This document shows positions 1-9,260 of a stretch of 32,000 nt of DNA, piece by piece; the stretch's first letter is position 1, and each line of letters opens with the position of its first letter. This stretch comes from Flavobacteriaceae bacterium (lineage in GTDB: Bacteria > Bacteroidota > Bacteroidia > Flavobacteriales > Flavobacteriaceae). The translations under genes were made by a program, and so were the position numbers. Under the pieces are notes generated by a model. That model searched no databases. It was given only the letters and a program-made list of their open reading frames with translations, and was not told the origin of the DNA. Location of the stretch: the NCBI GenBank assembly GCA_965224465.1, contig OZ245049.1:1560001-1592000 (forward strand), given 5' to 3'.

Positions 1-116
1 TCCTCTACCCTTTCAACGGTTTTTTATTAAATCCTATGATTGCAGGAGCAGCGATGTCCATGAGTTCAATTTCCGTACTTTTGAACAGCCTTAGATTAAA
101 AAACAAACAACTATAA
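1..116 (+). CDS. P1B-type heavy-metal (Cu+) transporting ATPase, 3' end only (gene begins left of the window)
   Basis: Frame 3 is open from the window edge and reads LYPFNGFLLNPMIAGAAMSMSSISVLLNSLRLKNKQL, with stop TAA at 114-116. The NPMIAGAAM..SS.SV..NSLRL tail is the conserved last TM helix and C-terminus of CopA-type ATPases. An HMA-domain gene follows 28 nt downstream. Confidence 0.6.
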   Translation, partial: LYPFNGFLLNPMIAGAAMSMSSISVLLNSLRLKNKQL

Positions 117-144
117 ATAATTATAACAACTAAAATAAAATAGT

Positions 145-354
145 ATGAATACCTATAAATTCAAGACCAATATCAACTGTGGAAGCTGCATTAAATCCAT
201 AACTCCATTTTTAAATGATGTAGACAATATAGACCACTGGAAAGTAAATACTGATATTCCAGACAAAGTTTTAGAGGTACTACTTGACGACACAAATAGC
301 GAGACGGTAATTGCAGCTGTAACAAAAGCAGGATTCGAAATTACAGCATTGTAA
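145..354 (+). CDS. Heavy-metal-associated (HMA) domain protein, CopZ-like metallochaperone
   Basis: 69-aa ORF with an N-terminal CxxC metal-binding loop (NINCGSCIKS) and a C-terminal AVTKAGFE-type motif typical of HMA/Atx1-like domains. It lies next to the ATPase gene. Confidence 0.75.
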   Translation: MNTYKFKTNINCGSCIKSITPFLNDVDNIDHWKVNTDIPDKVLEVLLDDTNSETVIAAVTKAGFEITAL

Positions 355-360
355 AACAAA

Positions 361-924
361 ATGGCAGTAGATCAAGAATATTCAAATATGGATTTCACTA
401 GTTTGAAATCTATGGGAAAAGAATTTGACAATTGCACATTTAGTAATTGTGATTTTTCAGGCGCACATCTCTCTAATTTTCAATTTTCTGAATGTGGGTT
501 TAATCAATGTAATCTAAGTATGTCGTTGACATCAAATACATCATTTCAAGAATGCACATTTGACCGGTGCAAATTAATTGGAATTGCATGGGAATCCTGT
601 AATTCATTTTTATTATCATTCGAATTTAATTATTGTCAGCTCAATTTAGGATCTTTCTACCAATTAAATCTTAAAACCAGTCGATTCTTAGAATGCGAGT
701 TACATGAAGTAGATTTTTCTGAATCAAATTTGGAAGGAATACAATTGGAAAATTGCGATTTAAAAGGCGCCATTTTTAACGAGAGTAATTTGCGAAAAAC
801 AAATTTTGAAACGGCCTCAAATTACAGCATCAATTTAGAAGCAAATAAAGTGAAAGGTGCTAAATTTTCTTCTGACGGCTTAGCAGGACTTTTGGAACAG
901 TATCAATTGGACATTTCGGAATGA
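361..924 (+). CDS. Pentapeptide-repeat protein
   Basis: Tandem 5-residue units run through the whole 187-aa ORF (CTFSN CDFSG AHLSN FQFSE CGFNQ CNLSM ... ENCDL KGAIF NESNL RKTNF). This is the A(D/N)LXX-type repeat of the right-handed quadrilateral beta-helix family. Confidence 0.8.
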   Translation: MAVDQEYSNMDFTSLKSMGKEFDNCTFSNCDFSGAHLSNFQFSECGFNQCNLSMSLTSNTSFQECTFDRCKLIGIAWESCNSFLLSFEFNYCQLNLGSFYQLNLKTSRFLECELHEVDFSESNLEGIQLENCDLKGAIFNESNLRKTNFETASNYSINLEANKVKGAKFSSDGLAGLLEQYQLDISE

Positions 925-937
925 TGATTTGTTCTAT

Positions 938-977
938 AAAAAAAATGCCTATCGAACCAAATCGATAGGCATTTTTT
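938..977. terminator. Bidirectional intrinsic terminator between convergent genes
   Basis: 11-bp perfect stem ATGCCTATCGA (945-955) / TCGATAGGCAT (962-972) with a 6-nt loop. An A-run lies on the left and a T-run on the right. Confidence 0.65.
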
Positions 978-1091
978 AATCCCACAAGTGGGTTTAATTC
1001 CCCGATGCTTGCATCGAAATAATTAAGGTTTTTTATTTTTCATGCCTCGTGGGCTTGCCCCAAGGTTATTGACTTATTTATTTTATATGTA

Positions 1092-2279
1092 CTATAAACT
1101 AGGCACTTGTACCATTTCGTTGGAATCTTCTTCATAATTTACACCTGCAACTTTAAATCCAAAGAGGTTAAAGAAATCTAGGCTATACCCTTCAATATCA
1201 CTAATATCTGGTAAGGTTTCTGTAGAAACAATTTCCCACAACTCCGCAACTTCTTTTTGAATGTCTGGTCTTAATTCCAGTTCATCCACACGAATACGGC
1301 CTTTTTCGTCTGTTTCGATCGGTTTATTGGTATATACTTTATCTTGAAACAAACGTTGAATTTGCTCAATACACCCTTCGTGTACATCATACTTTTTCAT
1401 CACTCTATACAAAAGTGAAATATACAAAGGAATTACAGGAATCGCAGAACTAGCCTGTGTAACCAATGCTTTATTAACAGACACAAAAGCTGTTCCACTT
1501 ATCTCTTTTAACAAGTCTGTAATCTCAAAAGCGGTTGCTTCTAAATGATCTTTTGCACGTCCAATGGTTCCATCTCTATAAACGGCTTGCGTTACTTTTG
1601 GTCCAATATAAGAATATGCAATTGTTTTAGCGTTTGGCGCCAATAAATCAGCATCTTTTAGAGCCGTCATCCATAATTTCCAATCTTCACCCCCCATTAC
1701 GGCAACCGTATTTTCAATATCGCCCTCTTCACAAGGATTGATAGAAATATCTGTTACTTTTCCAGTATGGAAATCAACCGTTTTATTGGTATAGACCCCT
1801 TTAATAGGTTTTAATACGGACTTGTGACGCACGCCCGTTTCTGGATGCATTCTAACAGGAGAAGCCAAACTGTAGATAACTAGATCCACTTGACCTAAAT
1901 CCGCTTTTAACAATGCCAAGGTCTGCTCTTTAATCTCGTTTGAGAAAGCATCTCCATTGACACTTTTCGCATACAATCCTGCATTGGTAGCAGCTACTTC
2001 AAAAGCAGCACTATTGTACCAACCTGGAGAAGCTGTTTTACCTTTGCTCGGCGGTTTTTCAAAAAACACCCCTAAGGTATCAGCCTCTGAACCAAAGGCA
2101 CTTGTAATTCTAGACGACAATCCAAAACCTGTCGAAGCACCAATAACTAAGACTTTCTTAGGTCCATCTATTGTTCCTTTAGACTTTACATATTCAATTT
2201 GGTTTAGGACATTTTTTTCACAACCTTTTGGGTGAGCTGTTAAGCAAATAAATCCTCTTGTTCTTGGTTCTATAATCAT
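1092..2279 (-). CDS. fabV: Enoyl-ACP reductase FabV / trans-2-enoyl-CoA reductase family
   Basis: 395 aa. The N-terminus MIIEPRTRGFICLTAHPKGC is characteristic of FabV/TER. It has the GASTGFG dinucleotide-binding motif and a Tyr-X8-Lys active-site spacing (VYRDGTIGRAK). Confidence 0.85.
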   Translation of the reverse strand: MIIEPRTRGFICLTAHPKGCEKNVLNQIEYVKSKGTIDGPKKVLVIGASTGFGLSSRITSAFGSEADTLGVFFEKPPSKGKTASPGWYNSAAFEVAATNAGLYAKSVNGDAFSNEIKEQTLALLKADLGQVDLVIYSLASPVRMHPETGVRHKSVLKPIKGVYTNKTVDFHTGKVTDISINPCEEGDIENTVAVMGGEDWKLWMTALKDADLLAPNAKTIAYSYIGPKVTQAVYRDGTIGRAKDHLEATAFEITDLLKEISGTAFVSVNKALVTQASSAIPVIPLYISLLYRVMKKYDVHEGCIEQIQRLFQDKVYTNKPIETDEKGRIRVDELELRPDIQKEVAELWEIVSTETLPDISDIEGYSLDFFNLFGFKVAGVNYEEDSNEMVQVPSL

Positions 2280-2349
2280 ATTATTAATATCTTGTTAACA
2301 CTTACTTTTGTAGAATAATGTGCAAAAGTACTCTTTATTTTACAATTAG

Positions 2350-3420
2350 TTAAAGCTTGTATACCACTGCATTGATATTCATACCTGCTCCAACAGAAGC
2401 TAGAATAATAATATCTCCTTCAGAAATCTCATGATTTTCCAAAGCTCCTTTTCTTACTAAGTCAAGTAACGTAGGAACTGTAGCAACCGAAGAATTCCCT
2501 AGTTTATGAATACTCATAGGCATAATTCCATCAGGCACAGGTTTTTTATACAAACGATAAAAACGCTTTAATATAGCTTCATCCATTTTTTCATTGGCTT
2601 GATGTATAAATATTTTTTTTACATCATCTATCTCTACATTACTTATTTTCAATGCTTTTTGCATCGCCTGAGGTACATTATTCAATGCATATTCATATAT
2701 TTTACGTCCATGCATTTTTATATATCGTTTTCCAGACGTGTCATTTTTGTCAAAAGACGTTCCGTAAAACAAATAATAGGCTTCGTTTAAGGTATCGGTT
2801 TGAGCGGCATGACCTAAAATCCCATTCGAACGGTCATCATCTGAGGCTTCAATAATACAGGCGCCTGCTCCATCAGAATAGATCATCGCATCACGGTCAT
2901 AGACATCTACAATTCTAGATAAGGTTTCGCTACCGATCACTAAACACTTTTTAGCAATACCAGCTTTGATAAAAGCTTCTGCTTGAATTACACCTTGCAC
3001 CCAACCAGGACATCCAAACAGAATATCGTATGCTACGCAAGAGGATTTTTTAATCCCTAATTTATGCTTCACCCGTGAAGCCAAGCTAGGTAAGGTATCA
3101 CTTTGATTTGTTTCTTGTATAATATCTCCAAAATTCTGAGCTAAGATAATATAATCCAAATCTTCTTGGTCAATATTTGCATCTTCAATTGCTTTTTTAG
3201 CAGCAAAGTATGCCAAATCAGAAGAGCTTAAATTTTTAGAGGCATAGCGTCGTTCTTCAATTCCTGTTATGGCTGTGAATTTTTTAATCACTTCATCATT
3301 TTTATAAGCAAAGGAAGAACCGTCTGCATTTAAAAATGTATTGTTTAAAAAATCAGCATTGGTTTTTGTTTCAGTTGGGATATAGGAACCCGTACCTGTA
3401 ATAATAGATTTTAAAGGCAT
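2350..3420 (-). CDS. 3-oxoacyl-ACP synthase III family protein (FabH-like)
   Basis: 356 aa. It carries a KAS III-type catalytic triad context: Cys in FGCPGW, His in IHQANEKM, Asn in LGNSSVATVP. The N-terminus ITGTGSYIP is typical of FabH-like enzymes. Confidence 0.8.
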   Translation of the reverse strand: MPLKSIITGTGSYIPTETKTNADFLNNTFLNADGSSFAYKNDEVIKKFTAITGIEERRYASKNLSSSDLAYFAAKKAIEDANIDQEDLDYIILAQNFGDIIQETNQSDTLPSLASRVKHKLGIKKSSCVAYDILFGCPGWVQGVIQAEAFIKAGIAKKCLVIGSETLSRIVDVYDRDAMIYSDGAGACIIEASDDDRSNGILGHAAQTDTLNEAYYLFYGTSFDKNDTSGKRYIKMHGRKIYEYALNNVPQAMQKALKISNVEIDDVKKIFIHQANEKMDEAILKRFYRLYKKPVPDGIMPMSIHKLGNSSVATVPTLLDLVRKGALENHEISEGDIIILASVGAGMNINAVVYKL

Positions 3421-3430
3421 TTATTTGATT

Positions 3431-3814
3431 TTAAAAGTTCATTTTTAACTGCATAACTGTAGCAATAGATTGTGCTCTAGTTTTAGCAGCATGTGCGTTT
3501 TCTCCTTCAAAATTTGCATCTATACTAGCAAAAAAGTAGTCGAGCCACACAGTAAAATGTTTGGATTTAAATGGTTTTGTTTTATTGATTAATAAGTGAG
3601 GACGCATAGCGTTCCTAGCATAAGTACCAGAATAAAAAATAATATTGTCCCAAAAATCAACAAGTATTTGCAAGTGGTGTTCCAGTGCTTCTGGATCGGT
3701 AAATTCAACAAAAAAATGTTTTACATCATCATCTACCATTAATTTTTTATAAAAATCACTTACGATCAGATAAATATCTTCTCTATTTTGAATATCAGAC
3801 TTCATATTTCCCAT
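3431..3814 (-). CDS. Group III truncated hemoglobin-like globin
   Basis: 127 aa. The pattern FY.K...D..V..FF ... H...L..FW ... G.Y......PH ... F..WL..F ... RA..IA resembles Ctb-type truncated globins. The start could be Met1 or Met4. Confidence 0.6.
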   Translation of the reverse strand: MGNMKSDIQNREDIYLIVSDFYKKLMVDDDVKHFFVEFTDPEALEHHLQILVDFWDNIIFYSGTYARNAMRPHLLINKTKPFKSKHFTVWLDYFFASIDANFEGENAHAAKTRAQSIATVMQLKMNF

Positions 3815-3845
3815 TACTTTAAGGTAATTATCTCATAAGTACTTA

Positions 3846-4328
3846 CTACAAATAAGACTTATCAAAGCCGAAAGGTAGTAAATCTGCAACAGAATTCGTT
3901 TGAATTATATCTCCGATTTCTCCCATAAAAAATAGTTCGATTTCTTTTTGCTGTTTTACTTCATATTCAGAGAGTACCTGCCTACAAGCACCACAAGGAC
4001 CTACGGGCTTACTTACCGTATTTAATTCTGAACTAGCAGCGATTGCTATTTTGAGAATTTTCATCTTAGGATCTTTTGCAGACGCATGCCAAATGGCAAC
4101 TCTTTCTGCACACATTCCAGATGGATAAGCAGCATTCTCTTGATTATTACCAACAGCAATAGTTCCATCTGCCAACAACAAAGCTGCTCCTACTTTAAAA
4201 TTGGAATAGGGCGCATAGGCGTTCTCTTTAATTTTAATGGCTTCTTTCATTAAATTTTGAACTTCCAAAGGAAGCTCTGTCATATTTTCAAAAACCGTAT
4301 ACGTAGTTGAAATGTTTTGTAACTTCAT
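3846..4328 (-). CDS. cdd: Cytidine deaminase
   Basis: 160 aa with the CAERVAI (C/H-A-E) catalytic motif and the PCGACRQ zinc-ligand motif of homotetrameric cytidine deaminases. Confidence 0.85.
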   Translation of the reverse strand: MKLQNISTTYTVFENMTELPLEVQNLMKEAIKIKENAYAPYSNFKVGAALLLADGTIAVGNNQENAAYPSGMCAERVAIWHASAKDPKMKILKIAIAASSELNTVSKPVGPCGACRQVLSEYEVKQQKEIELFFMGEIGDIIQTNSVADLLPFGFDKSYL

Positions 4329-4342
4329 ATAATATCTAAATA

Positions 4343-5473
4343 TTAATTTCCAATATCAAAGGACAATGAAAATCGGAGGGTGTTTTCTAAAGGATTGTTT
4401 ATAGCAGTTGCATTAAATAAGTAAGAAACGTCTATTGTTGTATTATTAACATTAAACCCAGCTCCTACAGTAAAATATTTTCTTGAACCTTTTAATTCGC
4501 TTTCGTTAAAATAGCCTGCTCTAAGAGCAAACAACTTATTATAGGTGTATTCCGCACCTAAAGCCCAGGTTACCTCTTTTAATTCTTCACTAGATCCGCC
4601 AGGAGCATCTCCAAAGGACTGAAACATCCCAGCTACAAAACCTATATCATCATCTTTACCTTCTAATATCTCAAACGTTGTAGTACTTCTTATGGGTGGC
4701 GTTGGAACCAATAATTTATTAAACTCTACCGTTAAAGCAATAGAATTACTCACGTCTAAAATAAAATCAAAACCTCCACCTACTCTTAGATTTGTAGGAA
4801 TAAAATTTGTAACACCATCATCTGAATAAGATACTTTAGGTCCTATATTAGAAATACTGTAACCTCCACGCCAACGACCATTAAAATTACCGTAATTTTT
4901 CTCTTCTGATTCAAAATACCCAGAAATATCAACGGCAAAAGCACTCACTGGATGAATAGAAGAGTCTGTAGACTCTATCCCTAGATCCGATCTCAAATAA
5001 CGCAAAGTAACAGCCATACTATAACTTTCACTCAATAATAAAGCATAAGAACCATCTACAGAAAATTCATTTAACTTATCCGTACCCAAAGGTGCTCCTT
5101 GAATATCGGTTAACGGAATATCCCCAAGATTAAAATAGCGAATACTTGCGCCCCAAGCACTTCTTTGATCCAAGCGATTCGAAATTGTAAACCCTCCCAG
5201 AAAAACATCATTTGTCAATTCTCGGAGCCAAGGAGTGTAAAATACCCCCATACTAAGTTTGCTTTCCATAAAAGCATGTTTCGCTGCATTCCAATACTGA
5301 GAATTAGCATCCGAATGTGTAGCGACCCCTAAATCTCCCATACCTCCAGCTCTTGCATCAGGTGCAATTAACAAAAAAGGCGCTGCTGTAGTAATGGTCC
5401 TACCCGTATACTGGGCATTTACAACAGACAAGAACGAAATAAAAAAAAGGAAACTAAAACCTAGTTTATTCAT
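4343..5473 (-). CDS. porV: Type IX secretion system outer-membrane protein PorV (LptO)
   Basis: 376 aa with a signal peptide. The mature N-terminus ITTAAPFLLIAPDARAGGMGDLGVAT..DANSQYWNAAK matches the conserved PorV signature. The rest has beta-barrel-like alternating sequence ending in an aromatic-rich C-terminus. Confidence 0.8.
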   Translation of the reverse strand: MNKLGFSFLFFISFLSVVNAQYTGRTITTAAPFLLIAPDARAGGMGDLGVATHSDANSQYWNAAKHAFMESKLSMGVFYTPWLRELTNDVFLGGFTISNRLDQRSAWGASIRYFNLGDIPLTDIQGAPLGTDKLNEFSVDGSYALLLSESYSMAVTLRYLRSDLGIESTDSSIHPVSAFAVDISGYFESEEKNYGNFNGRWRGGYSISNIGPKVSYSDDGVTNFIPTNLRVGGGFDFILDVSNSIALTVEFNKLLVPTPPIRSTTTFEILEGKDDDIGFVAGMFQSFGDAPGGSSEELKEVTWALGAEYTYNKLFALRAGYFNESELKGSRKYFTVGAGFNVNNTTIDVSYLFNATAINNPLENTLRFSLSFDIGN

Positions 5474-5993
5474 TATTTAAAAAAATATATTTTATTCAAG
5501 AGCAAATATGCAAAATTTTTAATGAATCTAATGATTCGAAACAATTATAACTAAATAATCTCTATTCATTATAGGACTAAAAACGAAAAATAATCTAAAT
5601 TATTGTACAATCAACACCTTATATATAAGAATACCAAATACATTTCCAAGTAACGGCTTAGAGATGGAATTATTTTTTGCAATAACTAGGTGTAAAATCT
5701 AAAGACAACCTTAGCTATCGTTCTATATTTCAACAACACTAAAACGAAAAACAAACTATTCATATCTGTCATTTTGGATTGTACTTGTATAACATACAAT
5801 ATCACTCAATTTAACATTAAAAAAACCAGCACACACAGGTCTAAAAAACCTCAAATTATTCATTTTTTTTATTCCCAAATACTAAATTAAAAAAGCCTGC
5901 GTTATAATGTCGTCACACATGGAATATAAATTTTAATTTTATGTGGAATGAAAACTAATTTAATGTACATTGCGTCAAAATAAATACCCTAAT

Positions 5994-7703
5994 ATGCTTA
6001 ATATGGAAATGACTCGCATTAGTCGGTTACTCAAATATTTAACAACAGTAATTATTACTGTTTCAATCACTAGTTGTTCAAATAATGGATCATCTAGCAA
6101 TGGTTCACTAACAGGCTGGACTGATAAAGACAAAAAAGCTGCTGGTTTTTCTACCAGTAAAAGCTTTAAAGGTCAAAAAACCCCCGCTGGAATGGTCTTA
6201 GTAGAAGGAGGTACTTTTACAATGGGACACGTACAAGATGATGTTCTATTCGACTGGAACACAACCCCTGTAAAACAACAAGTACGTTCCTTTTATTTAG
6301 ATGAAGCTGAAATCACAAATTCTGAATATCTGTTTTACTTAGAATGGTTAGAAAGAGTCTTCCCTCCTGCTGATCCAAACTTTGAACATATCTATCAGTC
6401 TGCAGTGCCAGACACTTTAGTATGGAGAAATGTGCTCGGATCAAACGAAAATTTAACAGAAAATTACTTAAGACATCCATCATACGCCAATTATCCTGTA
6501 GTAGGAGTAACATGGATACAAGCAAATAGATATTGTAACTGGAGAACCGATCGTGTAAACGAAAAAATATTGGTTGACAAAGGTGTTTTAAAATCACTAT
6601 TTCAAGAAGATTCTATTACTGTAAGAGGTAAAAATCATTTTAATACTGACACTTATATTACCAATCCTACACTTCTTTTTGATGGGGATTCTACAATATA
6701 TAAGACTGGTTTACCTACCAATATAAAACGTAAAAAAGGGAGTGCTAAACCTGCAAAAGGAAAATTCTCTGGTAGACATGTAAAAATATCTGATGGTATT
6801 CTTGCTACTAAATTTAGACTTCCTACAGAAGCTGAATGGGAATATGCTGCCAAAGCGGTTATCGAAGATAGAGAGTACAATAATATAAGAGGGCGTAAAA
6901 AATATGCTTGGAGTGGAAAATACACACGTAACAAAACAAAAGCGTTGAAAGGAGACCAATTGGCAAACTTTAAACAAGGAAAAGGAGATTACAGTGGTGT
7001 TGCAGGATGGAGTAACGATATGGCAGATATTACCATTGCCATAAAATCGTACGCACCTAACGCTTTTGGACTTTATGACATGTCTGGAAATGTAGCGGAA
7101 TGGGTAGCCGATGTTTACCGACCTATTATTGATAATGATGCCAACGACTTCAATTATTTTAGAGGGAATATCTTTACGAAAAAATTGATTGATGCCGAAG
7201 GAAAAGTAGTAATGGTTGATGACAACACTGTAGAATACGACACCTTAGACAACGGAAAAATAATCCCTAAAACAATACCAGGAGCCATAGAATACGTTCC
7301 TGTTACTAAAAGGGATGCCTATATGAGAAGAAATTACGAAAAGGCGTACAACGTCGATTCTCGAGATGGTGATCTTGCTTCTACGAAATATTTTAACAAA
7401 GATGAATCCGAATTAGAGAATAAACCAAGAATGTACAACCACCCAGAAAAACCTAGACAATTAGGCGAAAGTGGTCTGCTAATACAGCAATACGACAAGG
7501 AACAACGTATTACACTAATAAGTGATGATACCCGTGTGTATAAAGGAGGTTCATGGAGCGATCGTGAGTACTGGTTAGACCCTTCACAACGTAGATATTT
7601 ACCATCTTACATGGCTACAAATTACATAGGATTTAGATGTGCAACTGATAGGTTAGGTCCAATGAACCAATCTAAAAGATCAGCAGTCGCCAAAAAATTA
7701 TAA
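5994..7703 (+). CDS. gldJ: Gliding motility lipoprotein GldJ (FGE-sulfatase-like domain)
   Basis: It has a lipoprotein signal ending ITSC. FGE/GldJ-type blocks are present: RLPTEAEWEYAAK, GLYDMSGNVAEWV, RVYKGGSW. The gldJ-murF adjacency is as in Flavobacterium. The track start at 5970 is a TTG; in-frame ATGs at 5994, 6003 and 6009 are more plausible, so the exact start is uncertain. Confidence 0.85.
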   Translation: MLNMEMTRISRLLKYLTTVIITVSITSCSNNGSSSNGSLTGWTDKDKKAAGFSTSKSFKGQKTPAGMVLVEGGTFTMGHVQDDVLFDWNTTPVKQQVRSFYLDEAEITNSEYLFYLEWLERVFPPADPNFEHIYQSAVPDTLVWRNVLGSNENLTENYLRHPSYANYPVVGVTWIQANRYCNWRTDRVNEKILVDKGVLKSLFQEDSITVRGKNHFNTDTYITNPTLLFDGDSTIYKTGLPTNIKRKKGSAKPAKGKFSGRHVKISDGILATKFRLPTEAEWEYAAKAVIEDREYNNIRGRKKYAWSGKYTRNKTKALKGDQLANFKQGKGDYSGVAGWSNDMADITIAIKSYAPNAFGLYDMSGNVAEWVADVYRPIIDNDANDFNYFRGNIFTKKLIDAEGKVVMVDDNTVEYDTLDNGKIIPKTIPGAIEYVPVTKRDAYMRRNYEKAYNVDSRDGDLASTKYFNKDESELENKPRMYNHPEKPRQLGESGLLIQQYDKEQRITLISDDTRVYKGGSWSDREYWLDPSQRRYLPSYMATNYIGFRCATDRLGPMNQSKRSAVAKKL

Positions 7704-7723
7704 TTTATTTTATTTATAAATTC

Positions 7724-7756
7724 AAAACCTCGCTGATTTTCAGCGAGGTTTTTTTT
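7724..7756 (+). terminator. Intrinsic terminator after gldJ
   Basis: 10-bp stem AACCTCGCTG (7726-7735) / CAGCGAGGTT (7741-7750), 5-nt loop, followed by a T8 run. Confidence 0.8.
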
Positions 7757-7766
7757 ATAGTACATC

Positions 7767-9026
7767 ATGACAATAGCGCAACTTTATCAATTATTTACCC
7801 TTAGCAATGGTGTCACTACAGACACCCGTAAAATAAATAAAAACTGCCTTTATTTCGCCCTTAAAGGAGCAAATTTTGATGGGAACACTTTTGCGACAGA
7901 AGCATTAAAACAAGGGGCGTCATATGCCATCATAGACAATAAGCACTACAAAACATCTGACAAACACATTCTGGTAGACAATGTATTAAGTTCACTTCAA
8001 GCATTGGCACAACACCATCGAATGCTGCTAAACATCCCAATAATCGGACTGACAGGCAGCAACGGAAAAACAACTACAAAAGAGTTGATAAAATGTGTGT
8101 TGGAAAAAAAATATAAAGTTGTAGCTACCCTAGGAAACCTAAACAATCACATCGGAGTTCCATTAACATTGCTGTCTATGAACAACAGCACCGAAATAGG
8201 AATTGTAGAAATGGGAGCAAATCACCTTAAAGAAATAGCACTCCTAAGTACTATTACCCAACCAAATTTCGGCTACATTACAAACTTCGGAAAAGCACAT
8301 TTAGAAGGATTTGGGAGTGAAGAAGGCATTGTCCAAGGAAAATCTGAACTCTACGATTTTTTAAGAGAATCAAAAGGACACAGCTTTATTAATCAAGATG
8401 ACCCACTCCAAATAAAACAATCTAAAGGAATTGCTTCTATTACTTTCTCACAGAAAACAATCCCCTTTATAGAAGCCAACCCTTTTGTGAAAACAGCGTT
8501 TCAATCCTTGGAAATAGCAAGTCAGCTTATTGGAAAATACAATTACTTAAATATTGCCGCAGCTATTTGTATAGGTAATTATTTTAAAGTAACTCCTCTA
8601 AAAATCAAAGAAGCTATTGAACAATACACCCCCAACAACAATCGCTCTCAAATAATTAAAAAAATCAACAAAACCATTCTTTTAGACGCATACAACGCAA
8701 ATCCTAGTAGTATGGTCGCTGCATTAGAAAATTTTAAACAGCTAAGCGATCCTAAAAAAATAGTTATTCTTGGAGATATGTTTGAACTTGGAAACGCGAG
8801 TTCTCTAGAGCATCAAAAAATAGCACAGATGGCAGAAAGCATGAATTTTGACAAAGTGATATTCATAGGAAAAGCATTTAAGGCTATCTCCGTAAAAAAA
8901 GCAATACAATACAAAACGTATGAGGATTTTGAATCTGAAATAACTGCCATTGATTTCGAGCATGCAATCACCCTTATTAAAGGTTCTAGAGGCATGGCAT
9001 TGGAACGCATTGTAACTATATTATAA
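7767..9026 (+). CDS. murF: UDP-N-acetylmuramoyl-tripeptide--D-alanyl-D-alanine ligase
   Basis: 419 aa. Mur ligase P-loop GLTGSNGKTTTKE. The N-terminal block DTRKI..NCLYFALKG.NFDG..F and the C-terminal DAYNANPSSM and LGDM.ELG blocks are typical of MurF. Confidence 0.85.
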   Translation: MTIAQLYQLFTLSNGVTTDTRKINKNCLYFALKGANFDGNTFATEALKQGASYAIIDNKHYKTSDKHILVDNVLSSLQALAQHHRMLLNIPIIGLTGSNGKTTTKELIKCVLEKKYKVVATLGNLNNHIGVPLTLLSMNNSTEIGIVEMGANHLKEIALLSTITQPNFGYITNFGKAHLEGFGSEEGIVQGKSELYDFLRESKGHSFINQDDPLQIKQSKGIASITFSQKTIPFIEANPFVKTAFQSLEIASQLIGKYNYLNIAAAICIGNYFKVTPLKIKEAIEQYTPNNNRSQIIKKINKTILLDAYNANPSSMVAALENFKQLSDPKKIVILGDMFELGNASSLEHQKIAQMAESMNFDKVIFIGKAFKAISVKKAIQYKTYEDFESEITAIDFEHAITLIKGSRGMALERIVTIL

Positions 9027-9260
9027 TCCATAGCTACACATCAATCTGTTTTTTGTATAGGTTCAAAATTGATGAATCCTATCTTATCTAATTCCATACT
9101 AAACCCCCTACTCTTCTCTCATAATCACATATTTTATCAAATTAACTTGTGTTTTTTTGACGCTATAGTCCTACAGAACATGCGACACTACATCCTTTCG
9201 AAAACATACTTTTTTCAAGAACTTGCCTCTGAAAATTGAAACTTCTAAAAGTAACGTATG

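Noticed and set aside
4343-9026. The porV / gldJ / murF arrangement as something unusual (porV divergent from gldJ across a 496-bp gap)
   Set aside because: The gldJ-murF and porV-cdd neighbourhoods look like ordinary conserved Flavobacteriia core synteny. Nothing in the 5474-5969 gap beyond AT-rich promoter-type sequence was seen.
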